From Candidatus Parcubacteria bacterium (GTDB taxonomy: Bacteria > Patescibacteriota > Minisyncoccia > Phycocordibacterales > UBA2100), in contig QZIY01000013.1 in assembly GCA_003599175.1 (NCBI GenBank), positions 1 to 57,289 of the forward strand: a DNA stretch of 57,289 nt. Reading direction: 5' to 3'. Numbering within the stretch: position 1 is the stretch's first letter; each line of letters opens with the position of its first letter. The translations under genes and the position numbers were made by a program. Of the stretch, positions 20,201 through 27,138 are shown one piece after another. Under the pieces are notes generated by a model. That model saw nothing but the letters and a program-made list of their open reading frames with translations. It was not told the DNA's origin and searched no databases.

Positions 20201-20622
20201 TGGGCGAGGATGCGACACAGATGAAATTCAACACCGCAATCGCGCAGCTCATGGTATTCCTCAATGCGCTGGAGAAAGAGAAAAAGATCGGAGAGAGTCA
20301 ATGGAAAACGCTCCTTATGCTCGTCGCTCCTTTTGCGCCGCATATAGCAGAAGAGCTCTGGAGCGAACTGGGCGACCAGACTTCGGTGCATGCACAGAGC
20401 TGGCCGGAATTTGATCCGAAGCTGATGGTTGATGACGAGAAAGAGGTGGCGATTCAGATCGACGGCAAGACGCGCGGCACGATCGTGCTTCCTACCGCTG
20501 TATCGAAAGATGAAATAGAAAAACAAGCGCGCCTCAAGATTGAAGTGCGGCTCAAGGGCGTAAAGGTGGCACGGGTCATCGTCGTCCCTGGCCGCCTCAT
20601 CAATTTCGTGACTACCCGATAA
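17212..20622 (+). CDS. leuS: leucyl-tRNA synthetase, 1136 aa, with two inserted hydrolase domains
   Basis: HIGH-type PYPSGNLHVGH, editing-domain TTRPDT and GTGAIMAVPAHDERD, KMSKS present. About 300 aa longer than typical bacterial LeuRS. Confidence 0.95.
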   Translation: MKQYDHTKIEKKWQKAWADAEQYKTPDQVKGKDNFYLLVEFPYPSGNLHVGHWYAFAVPDMLARLHRMNGKNVMYPIGFDAFGLPAENAAIKNKLNPRTWTEQNIAHMKNQIASMGTSFDLSRMVSTIDPAYYKWTQWQFLQFFKKGLAYQKDTPVNWCPNDKTVLANEQVVTRSTSSGQVATCERCGHEVVQKQMLQWNIKITDYADRLVDDLDPLDWPNEIKESQRNWIGRSEGAEIDFPLEIGDNKKYKYVILHGFQSSPDRPRWLWLKSELEKSGHEVVMPSLPNPDDPSEQEWVETAINATTYDENTVLVGHSLGAVTALKVVERLKKPIFRLVTVGGFANREFKDKKRPFEETWKWEFDGEKIRSKTKAITVLHDPKDHAISDAQAKKLADLLGVAVTTGTSTKSHFAGDKEPDVLMWLRPTIRVFTTRPDTLFGATYLVLAPEHPWVALALQHKTVLKNNDEVQKYVDKANKKTDLERQESKEKTGVKLEGIEAINPASGEKIPLFVADYVLSHYGTGAIMAVPAHDERDFEFAQKFDLPIPQVVAPVIHVTKGGDAVREGEPMKKRDAVMAIVKHWEKDEYLCIEWKEFDEIRTFISGGIEEGEDVVEAGKREIAEESGYKNAKFIRSVGQVQFVEFYHQAKKGNVRAKMHYLYFELENGEQEPLSAEEDAKHSIVWKKRDEVRSFLTINEIGLIWDQLEHGNRPYVGAGELINSGEFDGLSIEGAKKKMTAAFGREKKTYRLRDWIVSRQRYWGVPIPIVHCDNCGPVAVPDDQLPVRLPDVEDYLPSGEGKSPLAKVDSFVHTTCPKCGGEAKRETDTLDTFVDSSWYFLRYTDPHNSEQFAENSKQKNWMPIDLYSGGAEHTTMHVLYSRFWHKALFDLGLVADAEPYTRRMNRSIILGPDGQKMSKSRGNVIDPDAVVAQLGADTVRMYLAFIGPYNEVGSYPWNPDGVVGVRRFLERLWKAQQYVQKEEVASLQNVLHKTIKKVGEDATQMKFNTAIAQLMVFLNALEKEKKIGESQWKTLLMLVAPFAPHIAEELWSELGDQTSVHAQSWPEFDPKLMVDDEKEVAIQIDGKTRGTIVLPTAVSKDEIEKQARLKIEVRLKGVKVARVIVVPGRLINFVTTR
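17962..18489 (+). other. in-frame RBBP9/YdeN-type alpha/beta serine-hydrolase domain inside leuS (residues ~251-426)
   Basis: YVILHGFQSSPDRPRWLWL...PSLPNPDDPSEQEW...VLVGHSLGAV...VLHDPKDHAI...KSHF, bounded by LeuRS landmarks NWIGRSEGAEIDF and VFTTRPDT. Confidence 0.75.
18883..19356 (+). other. in-frame Nudix hydrolase domain inside leuS (residues ~558-715)
   Basis: Perfect Nudix box GX5EX7REUXEEXGU = GGIEEGEDVVEAGKREIAEESGY (19027-19095), bounded by LeuRS landmarks AHDERDFEFAQKFDLPI and LINSGEFDGL. Confidence 0.8.
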
Positions 20623-20658
20623 TACGCATATTTTGTCCGATCGGACAAAATATGCGTA
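20623..20658. terminator. perfect palindrome between convergent leuS and cysS (bidirectional terminator candidate)
   Basis: TACGCATATTTTGTCCGA|TCGGACAAAATATGCGTA, with 18-nt arms and no mismatches. Confidence 0.65.
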
Positions 20659-20669
20659 AGAAGGTACTG

Positions 20670-22277
20670 TTACTTTGCGGCGGAAATACTGACACCAGCG
20701 TCAGTATCTTTGACTGTATAACCTTTCTTCTCAATCTGTTCTCGCAGCTCGTCGGCTTTCGTCCATTCTTTACTTGCCCGCGCCGCCTCCCGCTCGTCGA
20801 CAAGCGCCTTCACATCTGCTGGTAATGCAGCAACGCTGATTTCTTTGCCCGATAAGCGCTGCGCCAGTTCATCCGGTTCGTGGAGATTGAGACCGAGCAC
20901 CTTGTCCATTTCGATTATTCCTGCCAAGAGATCTCCGGCGGAGAGCGACGTATCTTTCGTCATATCCCACAATACCGCGAGTGCGCCCGGCGTATCGAGA
21001 TCGTCGTTGATGTGCGAGCGGAATTTTTTCATCCATGCGGCGGGTGGGGTGCCGGGATTATTGTTGGATGCTGCGACTGCTTTCCCCGCAATCGAAAGAA
21101 GATTCGCAAGCGCATTTTGCGATGCGGTGAGTGCCTCCCAGCTAAAATTCGACGGTGTACGGTAGTGCGCGCCAAGGAAGAGGTAGCGGAGCGCCAGGGG
21201 GTGAAATCCTTTCTCGATGATTTCCGAAAGATAGACGACATTGCCCTGCGACTTGGCGATCTTGCCACCGTCGATCTGGATATGCTGACGATGGAGCCAA
21301 AAGCGTGAGAAGGGGCGCTTGCCGGTCGCGCATTCAGACTGCGCGATTTCGTTGTTGTGGTGGATCGGGATGTGCTCGATGCCGCCCGTGTGGATATCGA
21401 TTTTCTCCCCGAGACAGACGCGCGCCATCGCAGAGCATTCGATGTGCCAGCCGGGATACCCCTTGCCCCACGGGGAGTCCCACCCCTGAAGTCGCCCAGA
21501 AATCTCATCTGCATCGTTGCGGGTCCCTTGCGCCGCCCTCGTTGTATTCTTTGATACGCCTCGTGCGCCGCCTTTCCCGCGCCTCGCAGCTGAAGCTTTC
21601 TGAGCTACTTCAGCAACACGGCTGAATTTCCATAGTGCAAAATCCGCCGCGTTGCGTTTTCCTTCCACCACGGCGACGCGTGCACCTTCTTTCTGCCCCT
21701 CGCGATCAATACCGCCGAGCTGTCCGTAGCGAGGGAACTTTTCGGTATCAAAATAGACGCCATCAGCGATTTTGTATGCATACCCTTTTTCCTCGAGTGT
21801 TTTGATCATCGCGATTTGTGCAGGGATGTGATCACTTGCGCGCGGGAATTGGATGCGAGATGTATCGATATTGAGTTTGCCAATGTCCTCAATAAAAATG
21901 CCCGCGTACTTGTCGGCGAGGAGGCGCATATTTTCGAGTGTGAGCTTCATCTTTTCGCGCTTGAGACCGAGTGTCATTTTGTCCTCGCCCGCGTCTGCAT
22001 CCGACGAAAGGTGCCCGACATCGGTGATATTGATGACCTGCTTCACTTCGTAGCCGTTTTGTTCGAGCGTACGGCGCAGAATATCGGTGAAGACGAACAT
22101 CGAGAGATTGCCGATGTGCTGCACGCCATAGACCGTGGGTCCGCAGTTGTACATGCGGACCCTTTTTGCGGGTGCGGGCAGCTGAAAGGCCTCTTTTTGC
22201 TTGGTGAGTGTGTTGTAGAAGGAGAGGGAAGAGACGTGGCCAAAGGGGAGCTTTTGAAAGAGTTTCTGGAACCACAT
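20670..22277 (-). CDS. cysS: cysteinyl-tRNA synthetase with a basic low-complexity insertion
   Basis: MYNCGPTVYGVQHIGN (HIGH), WDSPWGKGYPGWHIECSAM, KIAKSQGN (KMSKS-like). 535 aa. Confidence 0.95.
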   Translation of the reverse strand: MWFQKLFQKLPFGHVSSLSFYNTLTKQKEAFQLPAPAKRVRMYNCGPTVYGVQHIGNLSMFVFTDILRRTLEQNGYEVKQVINITDVGHLSSDADAGEDKMTLGLKREKMKLTLENMRLLADKYAGIFIEDIGKLNIDTSRIQFPRASDHIPAQIAMIKTLEEKGYAYKIADGVYFDTEKFPRYGQLGGIDREGQKEGARVAVVEGKRNAADFALWKFSRVAEVAQKASAARRGKGGARGVSKNTTRAAQGTRNDADEISGRLQGWDSPWGKGYPGWHIECSAMARVCLGEKIDIHTGGIEHIPIHHNNEIAQSECATGKRPFSRFWLHRQHIQIDGGKIAKSQGNVVYLSEIIEKGFHPLALRYLFLGAHYRTPSNFSWEALTASQNALANLLSIAGKAVAASNNNPGTPPAAWMKKFRSHINDDLDTPGALAVLWDMTKDTSLSAGDLLAGIIEMDKVLGLNLHEPDELAQRLSGKEISVAALPADVKALVDEREAARASKEWTKADELREQIEKKGYTVKDTDAGVSISAAK

Positions 22278-22322
22278 GAAGATCTATTGTACCGCGTTGC
22301 TGTGCGAGCTAAAACCACCCGT

Positions 22323-23234
22323 CTACAGCCACTTCTTGTGTTTGAAGTAGCCGAACATGAGAGAGATGCAGCCAAGGATGATTGCGAGCATGATCCAGAA
22401 GTCATGCGCTTTGCCGTGAATTGGGTTATAGGGGCTTTCAAAAGCGATGATGTCGATGAGAAGCGCGAGCGGGAAGGTGAAGAACGCCATGATCGTGAAG
22501 ATTTTCATCGTTTCGTTTTGCTTGGTGGACAGGAGGGAATTGTTGGTCTCGCGGAGCTCGTGAAGGGAATCGGTCGTGCGGATGATGTGGTTGTGGACGC
22601 GATAGTATTCGTTGGAAAGGTCGCGCAAGAATCGCGTGAATTCCTCGCCAAAAAAATCTTGGCCGTTTTCTTCGAGCGAGTGCAAGATTTCTCGGTGCGG
22701 TTCGATCGTTTGGCGCAGATTGAGGAGGCCGCGGGCGCTTCGTGATATCGCAGCGACCATTTCGACTTCGCGTCCGGAAAATATATGCTCCTCGATCACC
22801 GTGAGCTCATGGCGGATGTAGTCGATCTCGTTGTCGAGTCCTTGGTAGATCTTGCGCAGCATATAGTAGAAGAAAAAGCCGGCGTGTTCGACAGAGCTAC
22901 CCGCATTGAGCGCTGCCTGCGCTTCGAAGACCTTTGAGAATTTGTGCATCGCGTCCACGGTGTCGTAGCGTGCGGTGATGATGAAATTTTCGCCGATGAC
23001 AAAATCGATCTCCTGCTGGCGATTTTTGTGCGAGTGCTTGAGGGCGGGGAATTGGAGTACAAGATAGATGTAGTCGGGGTAAAATTCCGCGCGGGCCTTG
23101 GTGGTAGGGGAGATGAGCTCTTCCGCGACCGGCTCGGCGATATCAAACTCCGCTGCTATCTGCCTCACTTCGAGCGCATTGGGGGATTCGAGATCTACCC
23201 AGGTGATTCCTGCGTGTTGGTGTCGTGCGTGCAT
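22323..23234 (-). CDS. CorA-like divalent-cation transporter homologue lacking the GMN motif
   Basis: CorA architecture: cytoplasmic domain plus two C-terminal TM helices ending KHKKWL. The position of YGMNF reads IIAFES. Start set at Met 23234. Confidence 0.7.
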   Translation of the reverse strand: MHARHQHAGITWVDLESPNALEVRQIAAEFDIAEPVAEELISPTTKARAEFYPDYIYLVLQFPALKHSHKNRQQEIDFVIGENFIITARYDTVDAMHKFSKVFEAQAALNAGSSVEHAGFFFYYMLRKIYQGLDNEIDYIRHELTVIEEHIFSGREVEMVAAISRSARGLLNLRQTIEPHREILHSLEENGQDFFGEEFTRFLRDLSNEYYRVHNHIIRTTDSLHELRETNNSLLSTKQNETMKIFTIMAFFTFPLALLIDIIAFESPYNPIHGKAHDFWIMLAIILGCISLMFGYFKHKKWL

Positions 23235-23273
23235 GACAGTAAGTATAGCGTATGGAGTATAGAGTATGGAGGG
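23235..23273 (-). repeat. G-poor heptad-repeat leader directly upstream of the corA-like ATG
   Basis: Sense strand CCCTCCATACTCTATACTCCATACGCTATACTTACTGTC-ATG. Units are YYYATAC. The last TATACT is 7 nt from the ATG. Confidence 0.55.
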
Positions 23274-23440
23274 AATATGCGAACTGGATTTTGTGCAGCG
23301 CGAGTCGCGTGCGATAATTGCGCGAATGCGTCCCGTTAGAAATCGCGGACGCAAACAATACATGCTTTCTGGTGTCGAAATTATAAAACGTAGCAAAGTA
23401 GGGCTCGGCGAGATGTCGTCCGCGTCCTATTTCTAACGGG

Positions 23441-24709
23441 ATGCGCAGCGAAGAAAGGAAAATCATCATCTCTGTGGCGGCTGCGATGATCGCCACCGTC
23501 GTGCTTCTCATCGGGGGATTCTTGGGGGGATACTTTTTGGCGGTCAATCAGGCACATCGCGGCGTAGGGCTTGCGGCAGGTGCGCCGGAGGGCGTGGATC
23601 TTTCACCGGTCTGGAAGGCCTGGTACACGATCGATGAGAAATTCGTTCCCGCATCCGTCTCGACATCGACTCCGATGGCTACGACCACGGCCGAACTCAA
23701 TCAAGAAAAAGTGTGGGGCATGATCCAAGGTCTCACGGCATCCTTGAACGATCCATACACCTATTTCATGCCGCCGGTGGAGAACGAGCAGTTTGCGACC
23801 GAAATGCAGGGTTCCTTCGAGGGTGTGGGTATGGAAATTGATGTGAAGGACGGCATTCTCACGGTCGTCTCTCCGCTCAAGGGATCTCCTGCAGAGCGCG
23901 CGGGGGTGCGAGCGGGCGACCACATTCTCAAGATCGATGGTGAGACGACTGAGGGCATGGATACGGGATCGGCGGTGCGCAAGATTCGCGGCGAGAAGGG
24001 GACCAAGGTGGTGCTCACACTCCGCGGCGAGGAGGACAGCCAGTCGCGGGAGGTTTCCGTGACGCGCGATGTGATCAATATCCCGATCGTCACCACCGAG
24101 AGCCGGCAAGACGGCATCTTCGTGATCCAGATCGCGGAATTCACCGCCAATGCGCCGGATCTCTTCCGCAAAGCACTCCGTGAATTTATGGAATCGGGCG
24201 ATTCGAAACTCATCATCGATCTTCGCGGCAACCCGGGTGGCTACCTCGAGGGCGCGGTGGAGATCAGCAGCTGGTTCCTCCCATCAGGTGCCATCGTAGT
24301 GTCTGAAGATTATGCGGGACACGCATCGAATATCGATCATCGCTCATACGGCTACGATATCTTTACAGACAAGCTCCAGATGATCATTTTGGTCGACAAG
24401 GGATCCGCATCGGCCTCTGAAATTATGGCGGGCGCACTCCGACACCATGGCGATGCAAAATTGGTCGGTACGAATACATTTGGCAAGGGTTCGGTGCAGG
24501 AACTGGTGCCGATCACCTCGGATACCTCGCTCAAGATTACGGTCGCGCGCTGGCTCGGCCCCGATGGCGAGCAAATCCCGCGTGACGGTATCGCACCCGA
24601 TTACGAAGTCGAAGTTACCGAAGAAGATCGCGAAGCGAAGAAAGATCCCCAATTGGCGAAAGCAGTGGAACTCCTTGGGGGCAATCCGGCGGTTGGGTCT
24701 GCAAATTAA
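23441..24709 (+). CDS. ctpA: S41 C-terminal processing peptidase with PDZ domain and N-terminal membrane anchor
   Basis: PDZ region GSPAERAGVRAGDHILKIDG, S41 motifs DLRGNPGG and GSASASEI. Confidence 0.9.
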   Translation: MRSEERKIIISVAAAMIATVVLLIGGFLGGYFLAVNQAHRGVGLAAGAPEGVDLSPVWKAWYTIDEKFVPASVSTSTPMATTTAELNQEKVWGMIQGLTASLNDPYTYFMPPVENEQFATEMQGSFEGVGMEIDVKDGILTVVSPLKGSPAERAGVRAGDHILKIDGETTEGMDTGSAVRKIRGEKGTKVVLTLRGEEDSQSREVSVTRDVINIPIVTTESRQDGIFVIQIAEFTANAPDLFRKALREFMESGDSKLIIDLRGNPGGYLEGAVEISSWFLPSGAIVVSEDYAGHASNIDHRSYGYDIFTDKLQMIILVDKGSASASEIMAGALRHHGDAKLVGTNTFGKGSVQELVPITSDTSLKITVARWLGPDGEQIPRDGIAPDYEVEVTEEDREAKKDPQLAKAVELLGGNPAVGSAN

Positions 24710-24713
24710 ATAA

Positions 24714-24840
24714 CCGCGGGATGGAATGTTTTCGCGTCTGCGGGACTCGTGGCGTCCTAAACACCGTTGGGCGTTACCAACTGGTGTTTAGGCGCTACTC
24801 GAACAAGGTCCTCGACGCAAAAAGCACTCCATCCTGCGGG
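24714..24840. repeat. structured intergenic element SIE-1 (127 nt)
   Basis: Outer stem CCGCGGGATGGAATG/CACTCCATCCTGCGGG, core TTTTCGCGTCTGCGGGACT, inner hairpin GCGTCCTAAACACC...GGTGTTTAGGCGC, 3' core CTCGAACAAGGTCCTCGACGCAAAAAG. Confidence 0.55.
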
Positions 24841-24878
24841 CGCTTGCTTCACTTCGTTGGCCGCGGTACAAAAAGGAG

Positions 24879-25325
24879 ATGAAAGTCCTCTTTATAAAAG
24901 ACGTGGGTGGTGTGGGGCGAAAAGGGGAGATCAAGGACGTGGCCGATGGATACGCTTTGAATGCGCTCATTCCGAGCGGCAAGGCTGTGCAGGCGACTCC
25001 AGCAGCTGTCGCTGCGCATGAGAAGCAGACGGCGCAAAATAAGGAGGCCGAAGCCAAACACATGGCTGCGATGAAGGCGAAGCTGCAGAGCTTGGAGGGC
25101 AAAAAGATAGTGATCAAAGTGCGTGCCAATGAAAAGGGTCATCTTTTCAAAAGCATCAATGCGAGAGAAATTCTCGATGCGATCAAGAAGGAAACTGGTG
25201 AACAATTTTCCGAGCAATCACTTAAGGGAAATGAGCTTCCGCTTCGCGGGGTAGGGGAACATCCGCTACACATAGAAATGGCCGGCGCAAAAGCGAAGGT
25301 TACGTTTTCAATTCAAGCGGCTTGA
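24879..25325 (+). CDS. rplI: 50S ribosomal protein bL9
   Basis: [32 protein letters not shown] is the canonical L9 N-domain. Confidence 0.9.
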   Translation: MKVLFIKDVGGVGRKGEIKDVADGYALNALIPSGKAVQATPAAVAAHEKQTAQNKEAEAKHMAAMKAKLQSLEGKKIVIKVRANEKGHLFKSINAREILDAIKKETGEQFSEQSLKGNELPLRGVGEHPLHIEMAGAKAKVTFSIQAA

Positions 25326-25329
25326 TGAC

Positions 25330-25458
25330 CTAGTGTGTCTTTAAAAATCCTCAGATACGAGGCGCGGGGAAAAGAAAAGCCGAAACGTATATAGATATAC
25401 GGCGAGGCTTTTCTAGGGGCCCCGCAACGATGTAGCTGAGATTTTTAAAACGCACTAG
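25330..25458. repeat. 129-nt nested imperfect palindrome between convergent rplI and rpmA
   Basis: Outer arms CTAGTGTGTCTTTAAAAATCCTCAGATAC / GTAGCTGAGATTTTTAAAACGCACTAG, with inner stems GCGGGG/CCCCGC, GAAAAGCC/GGCTTTTC and CGTATAT/ATATACG. The 3' arm overlaps the rpmA stop. Confidence 0.55.
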
Positions 25459-25727
25459 AGCACTTCGGCCATTTGGCGAGTCGTTTTTTGTCCGTCGTAG
25501 TTGGTCTTGCGAACGCGGCGAAACTTTACAGTCCCCGCTGCAAGTGCAAAAAGTGTGTGATCCTTGCCCACACCGATGTTTTTGCCTGCCATGATCTTGG
25601 TACCGCGCTGGCGCACGATGACTTCACCCACACCAACCTTTTGACCATCGGAGCGTTTGACGCCGAGGTACTTCGGATTTGAATCATTCAGGTTTTTTGC
25701 TGATCCGCCTGCTTTTGTATGTGCCAT
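25455..25727 (-). CDS. rpmA: 50S ribosomal protein bL27
   Basis: [31 protein letters not shown]...IVRQRGTK is the canonical L27. Confidence 0.95.
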   Translation of the reverse strand: MAHTKAGGSAKNLNDSNPKYLGVKRSDGQKVGVGEVIVRQRGTKIMAGKNIGVGKDHTLFALAAGTVKFRRVRKTNYDGQKTTRQMAEVL

Positions 25728-25734
25728 ATAAGAA

Positions 25735-25766
25735 AGTATGGAGTATGAAGTATGGGGTATAGAGGG
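25735..25766 (-). repeat. G-poor heptad-repeat leader upstream of rpmA
   Basis: Sense strand CCCTCTATACCCCATACTTCATACTCCATACT-TTCTTAT-ATG. Confidence 0.55.
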
Positions 25767-25798
25767 TAAAATGCACTCAATATCCCACTCAAACTCGT

Positions 25799-26164
25799 AT
25801 GCAGAGAATACATGAATATTCGGGCAAGATCAAGGGCGTATTGGACCAGGGGCTCTCCGAGTGGGGCATCTTTGCCATCGTGGTCCTCGTAGGGCTTATT
25901 TCCTTTGGTTTGGGCCGTTTATCGGCCTTAGAGGAGGCCAGACCCCCGGTATCCGTCTCTATGGCGGCCGCCGTGGCCGCCCCTGCCCCTGTAGCCCCTG
26001 GGGGCCTCGTGGTGGCGTCGAGGGGAGGGAGTAGCTACTACTACCCCTGGTGCGGCGGGGCGCAGAATATAGCGGAGGGGAATAAGGTCTGGTTCGACTC
26101 GGAAAAGGAGGCTGAGGCAGCCGGATATGTACCTGCGAAGAATTGCAAAGGTCTAGAAAAATAA
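25799..26164 (+). CDS. membrane-anchored small protein with C-terminal Cys motif domain
   Basis: One TM helix ([18 protein letters not shown]), Ala/Pro linker, C-terminus [35 protein letters not shown]. Confidence 0.6.
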   Translation: MQRIHEYSGKIKGVLDQGLSEWGIFAIVVLVGLISFGLGRLSALEEARPPVSVSMAAAVAAPAPVAPGGLVVASRGGSSYYYPWCGGAQNIAEGNKVWFDSEKEAEAAGYVPAKNCKGLEK

Positions 26165-26328
26165 CGAGCGAAGCGACTATATTTTTCTTGATCCCGCCCC
26201 AATTTTGAACCTTCGGATAAATGTGCAAGACTGATGATAATTGGAGACGAGAAAGAGCATATGATCATCGAATTTACAAAGTCGAAATTGGGGCGGGATG
26301 TAAGAGCTTCTAAGCTCGCTTCGCTCGC
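26165..26328. repeat. 164-nt nested hairpin between the 25799 gene and the exonuclease gene
   Basis: Outer CGAGCGAAGCGA/TCGCTTCGCTCG and inner GATCCCGCCCCAATTTTGA/TCGAAATTGGGGCGGGAT, with a 73-nt apical region. Confidence 0.5.
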
Positions 26329-26342
26329 TAAGAATCTCTAAC

Positions 26343-26936
26343 ATGTTAGTCGTAGACGTAGAGGCCTCCGGAACAGACTATTCGAAACACTCGATCGTAT
26401 CAGTGGGTGCGCTCGATTTTGCCAATCCGCAGAATCGTTTTTATGAGGAATGCCGGATTTGGGACGGGGCTCATATCATGGATGAGGCGCTCAAGGTCAA
26501 TGGTTTTACCAAAGAGGAGATCACGGATCCCAAGAAGCAATCCGAAGCCGATCTCGTGCATGGATTTCTCGCATGGGCCGATAAGCTCGAGGAGCGCACG
26601 CTTGCCGGGCAGAATGTCTCTTTCGATCGCGACTTTTTGAAGCACGCAGCGGAGAGGGCAGGGCACACCGACTGGCCTTTTGCCTATCGCACCATCGACA
26701 TCCATTCGCTTGCGTACATGCACATGGTCAATCGGGGCCTGCAGATCCCTGTCGTCCATCGCCGATCGGCACTCGATCTCGATGCCATTATGAAATACTG
26801 CGGCATTCCGGAAGAGCCAATGCCACACAATGCGCTCACCGGCGCGCTCTCGCACGCCGAAGTCATTTCGAGACTCCTCTTTGGCCGCAAACTCCTGCCC
26901 GAATTCACCGACTTCCCGATTCCTTGGAAAGCATAA
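26343..26936 (+). CDS. DnaQ-like 3'-5' exonuclease (DEDDh)
   Basis: ExoI VVDVEASG, ExoII NVSFDRDFL, ExoIII H..LTGALSHAEV. Confidence 0.8.
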   Translation: MLVVDVEASGTDYSKHSIVSVGALDFANPQNRFYEECRIWDGAHIMDEALKVNGFTKEEITDPKKQSEADLVHGFLAWADKLEERTLAGQNVSFDRDFLKHAAERAGHTDWPFAYRTIDIHSLAYMHMVNRGLQIPVVHRRSALDLDAIMKYCGIPEEPMPHNALTGALSHAEVISRLLFGRKLLPEFTDFPIPWKA

Positions 26937-27138
26937 GGTTGAAAAACAAAAAGCTGCGCGATTCTTCCGTCAAAGAATTCGCGCAGCAAGCGCGGCACGC
27001 CCGCGCAAGAACTTCAACGGACTCGCACTTCCTGGGGGTGTCGGGGGTGGAAGTGCTATTGCCGGGACGGGTTTCAATGCTAGCAATTGAATATAAAGAT
27101 CGAGTTAAATTTTTATGTCGCCTTTATGCTACGCTCTA

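Noticed and set aside
21816-22745. 309-aa plus-strand ORF
   Set aside because: It runs entirely antisense to cysS and the corA-like gene, which have unmistakable motifs. Its composition is Arg/Glu/Val-rich, typical of antisense frames in GC-rich genes.
23235-23273. CRISPR or other spacer-containing array for the heptad repeats (also 25735-25766, 39675-39770, 10247-10321)
   Set aside because: The units are 7 nt, contiguous and without spacers. The arrays are 30-40 nt long and tied to start or stop codons, which is not CRISPR-like. No cas genes are present.
24875-24878. GGAG directly touching the rplI ATG as its Shine-Dalgarno
   Set aside because: Zero spacing is incompatible with SD function, so it is probably coincidental. 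The start call rests on the canonical L9 N-terminus.
26221-26313. 30-aa ORF (MCKTDDNWRRERAYDHRIYKVEIGAGCKSF) in the apical region of the 164-nt hairpin
   Set aside because: Half of it is the stem sequence itself, it has no translation signals, and it is probably fortuitous.
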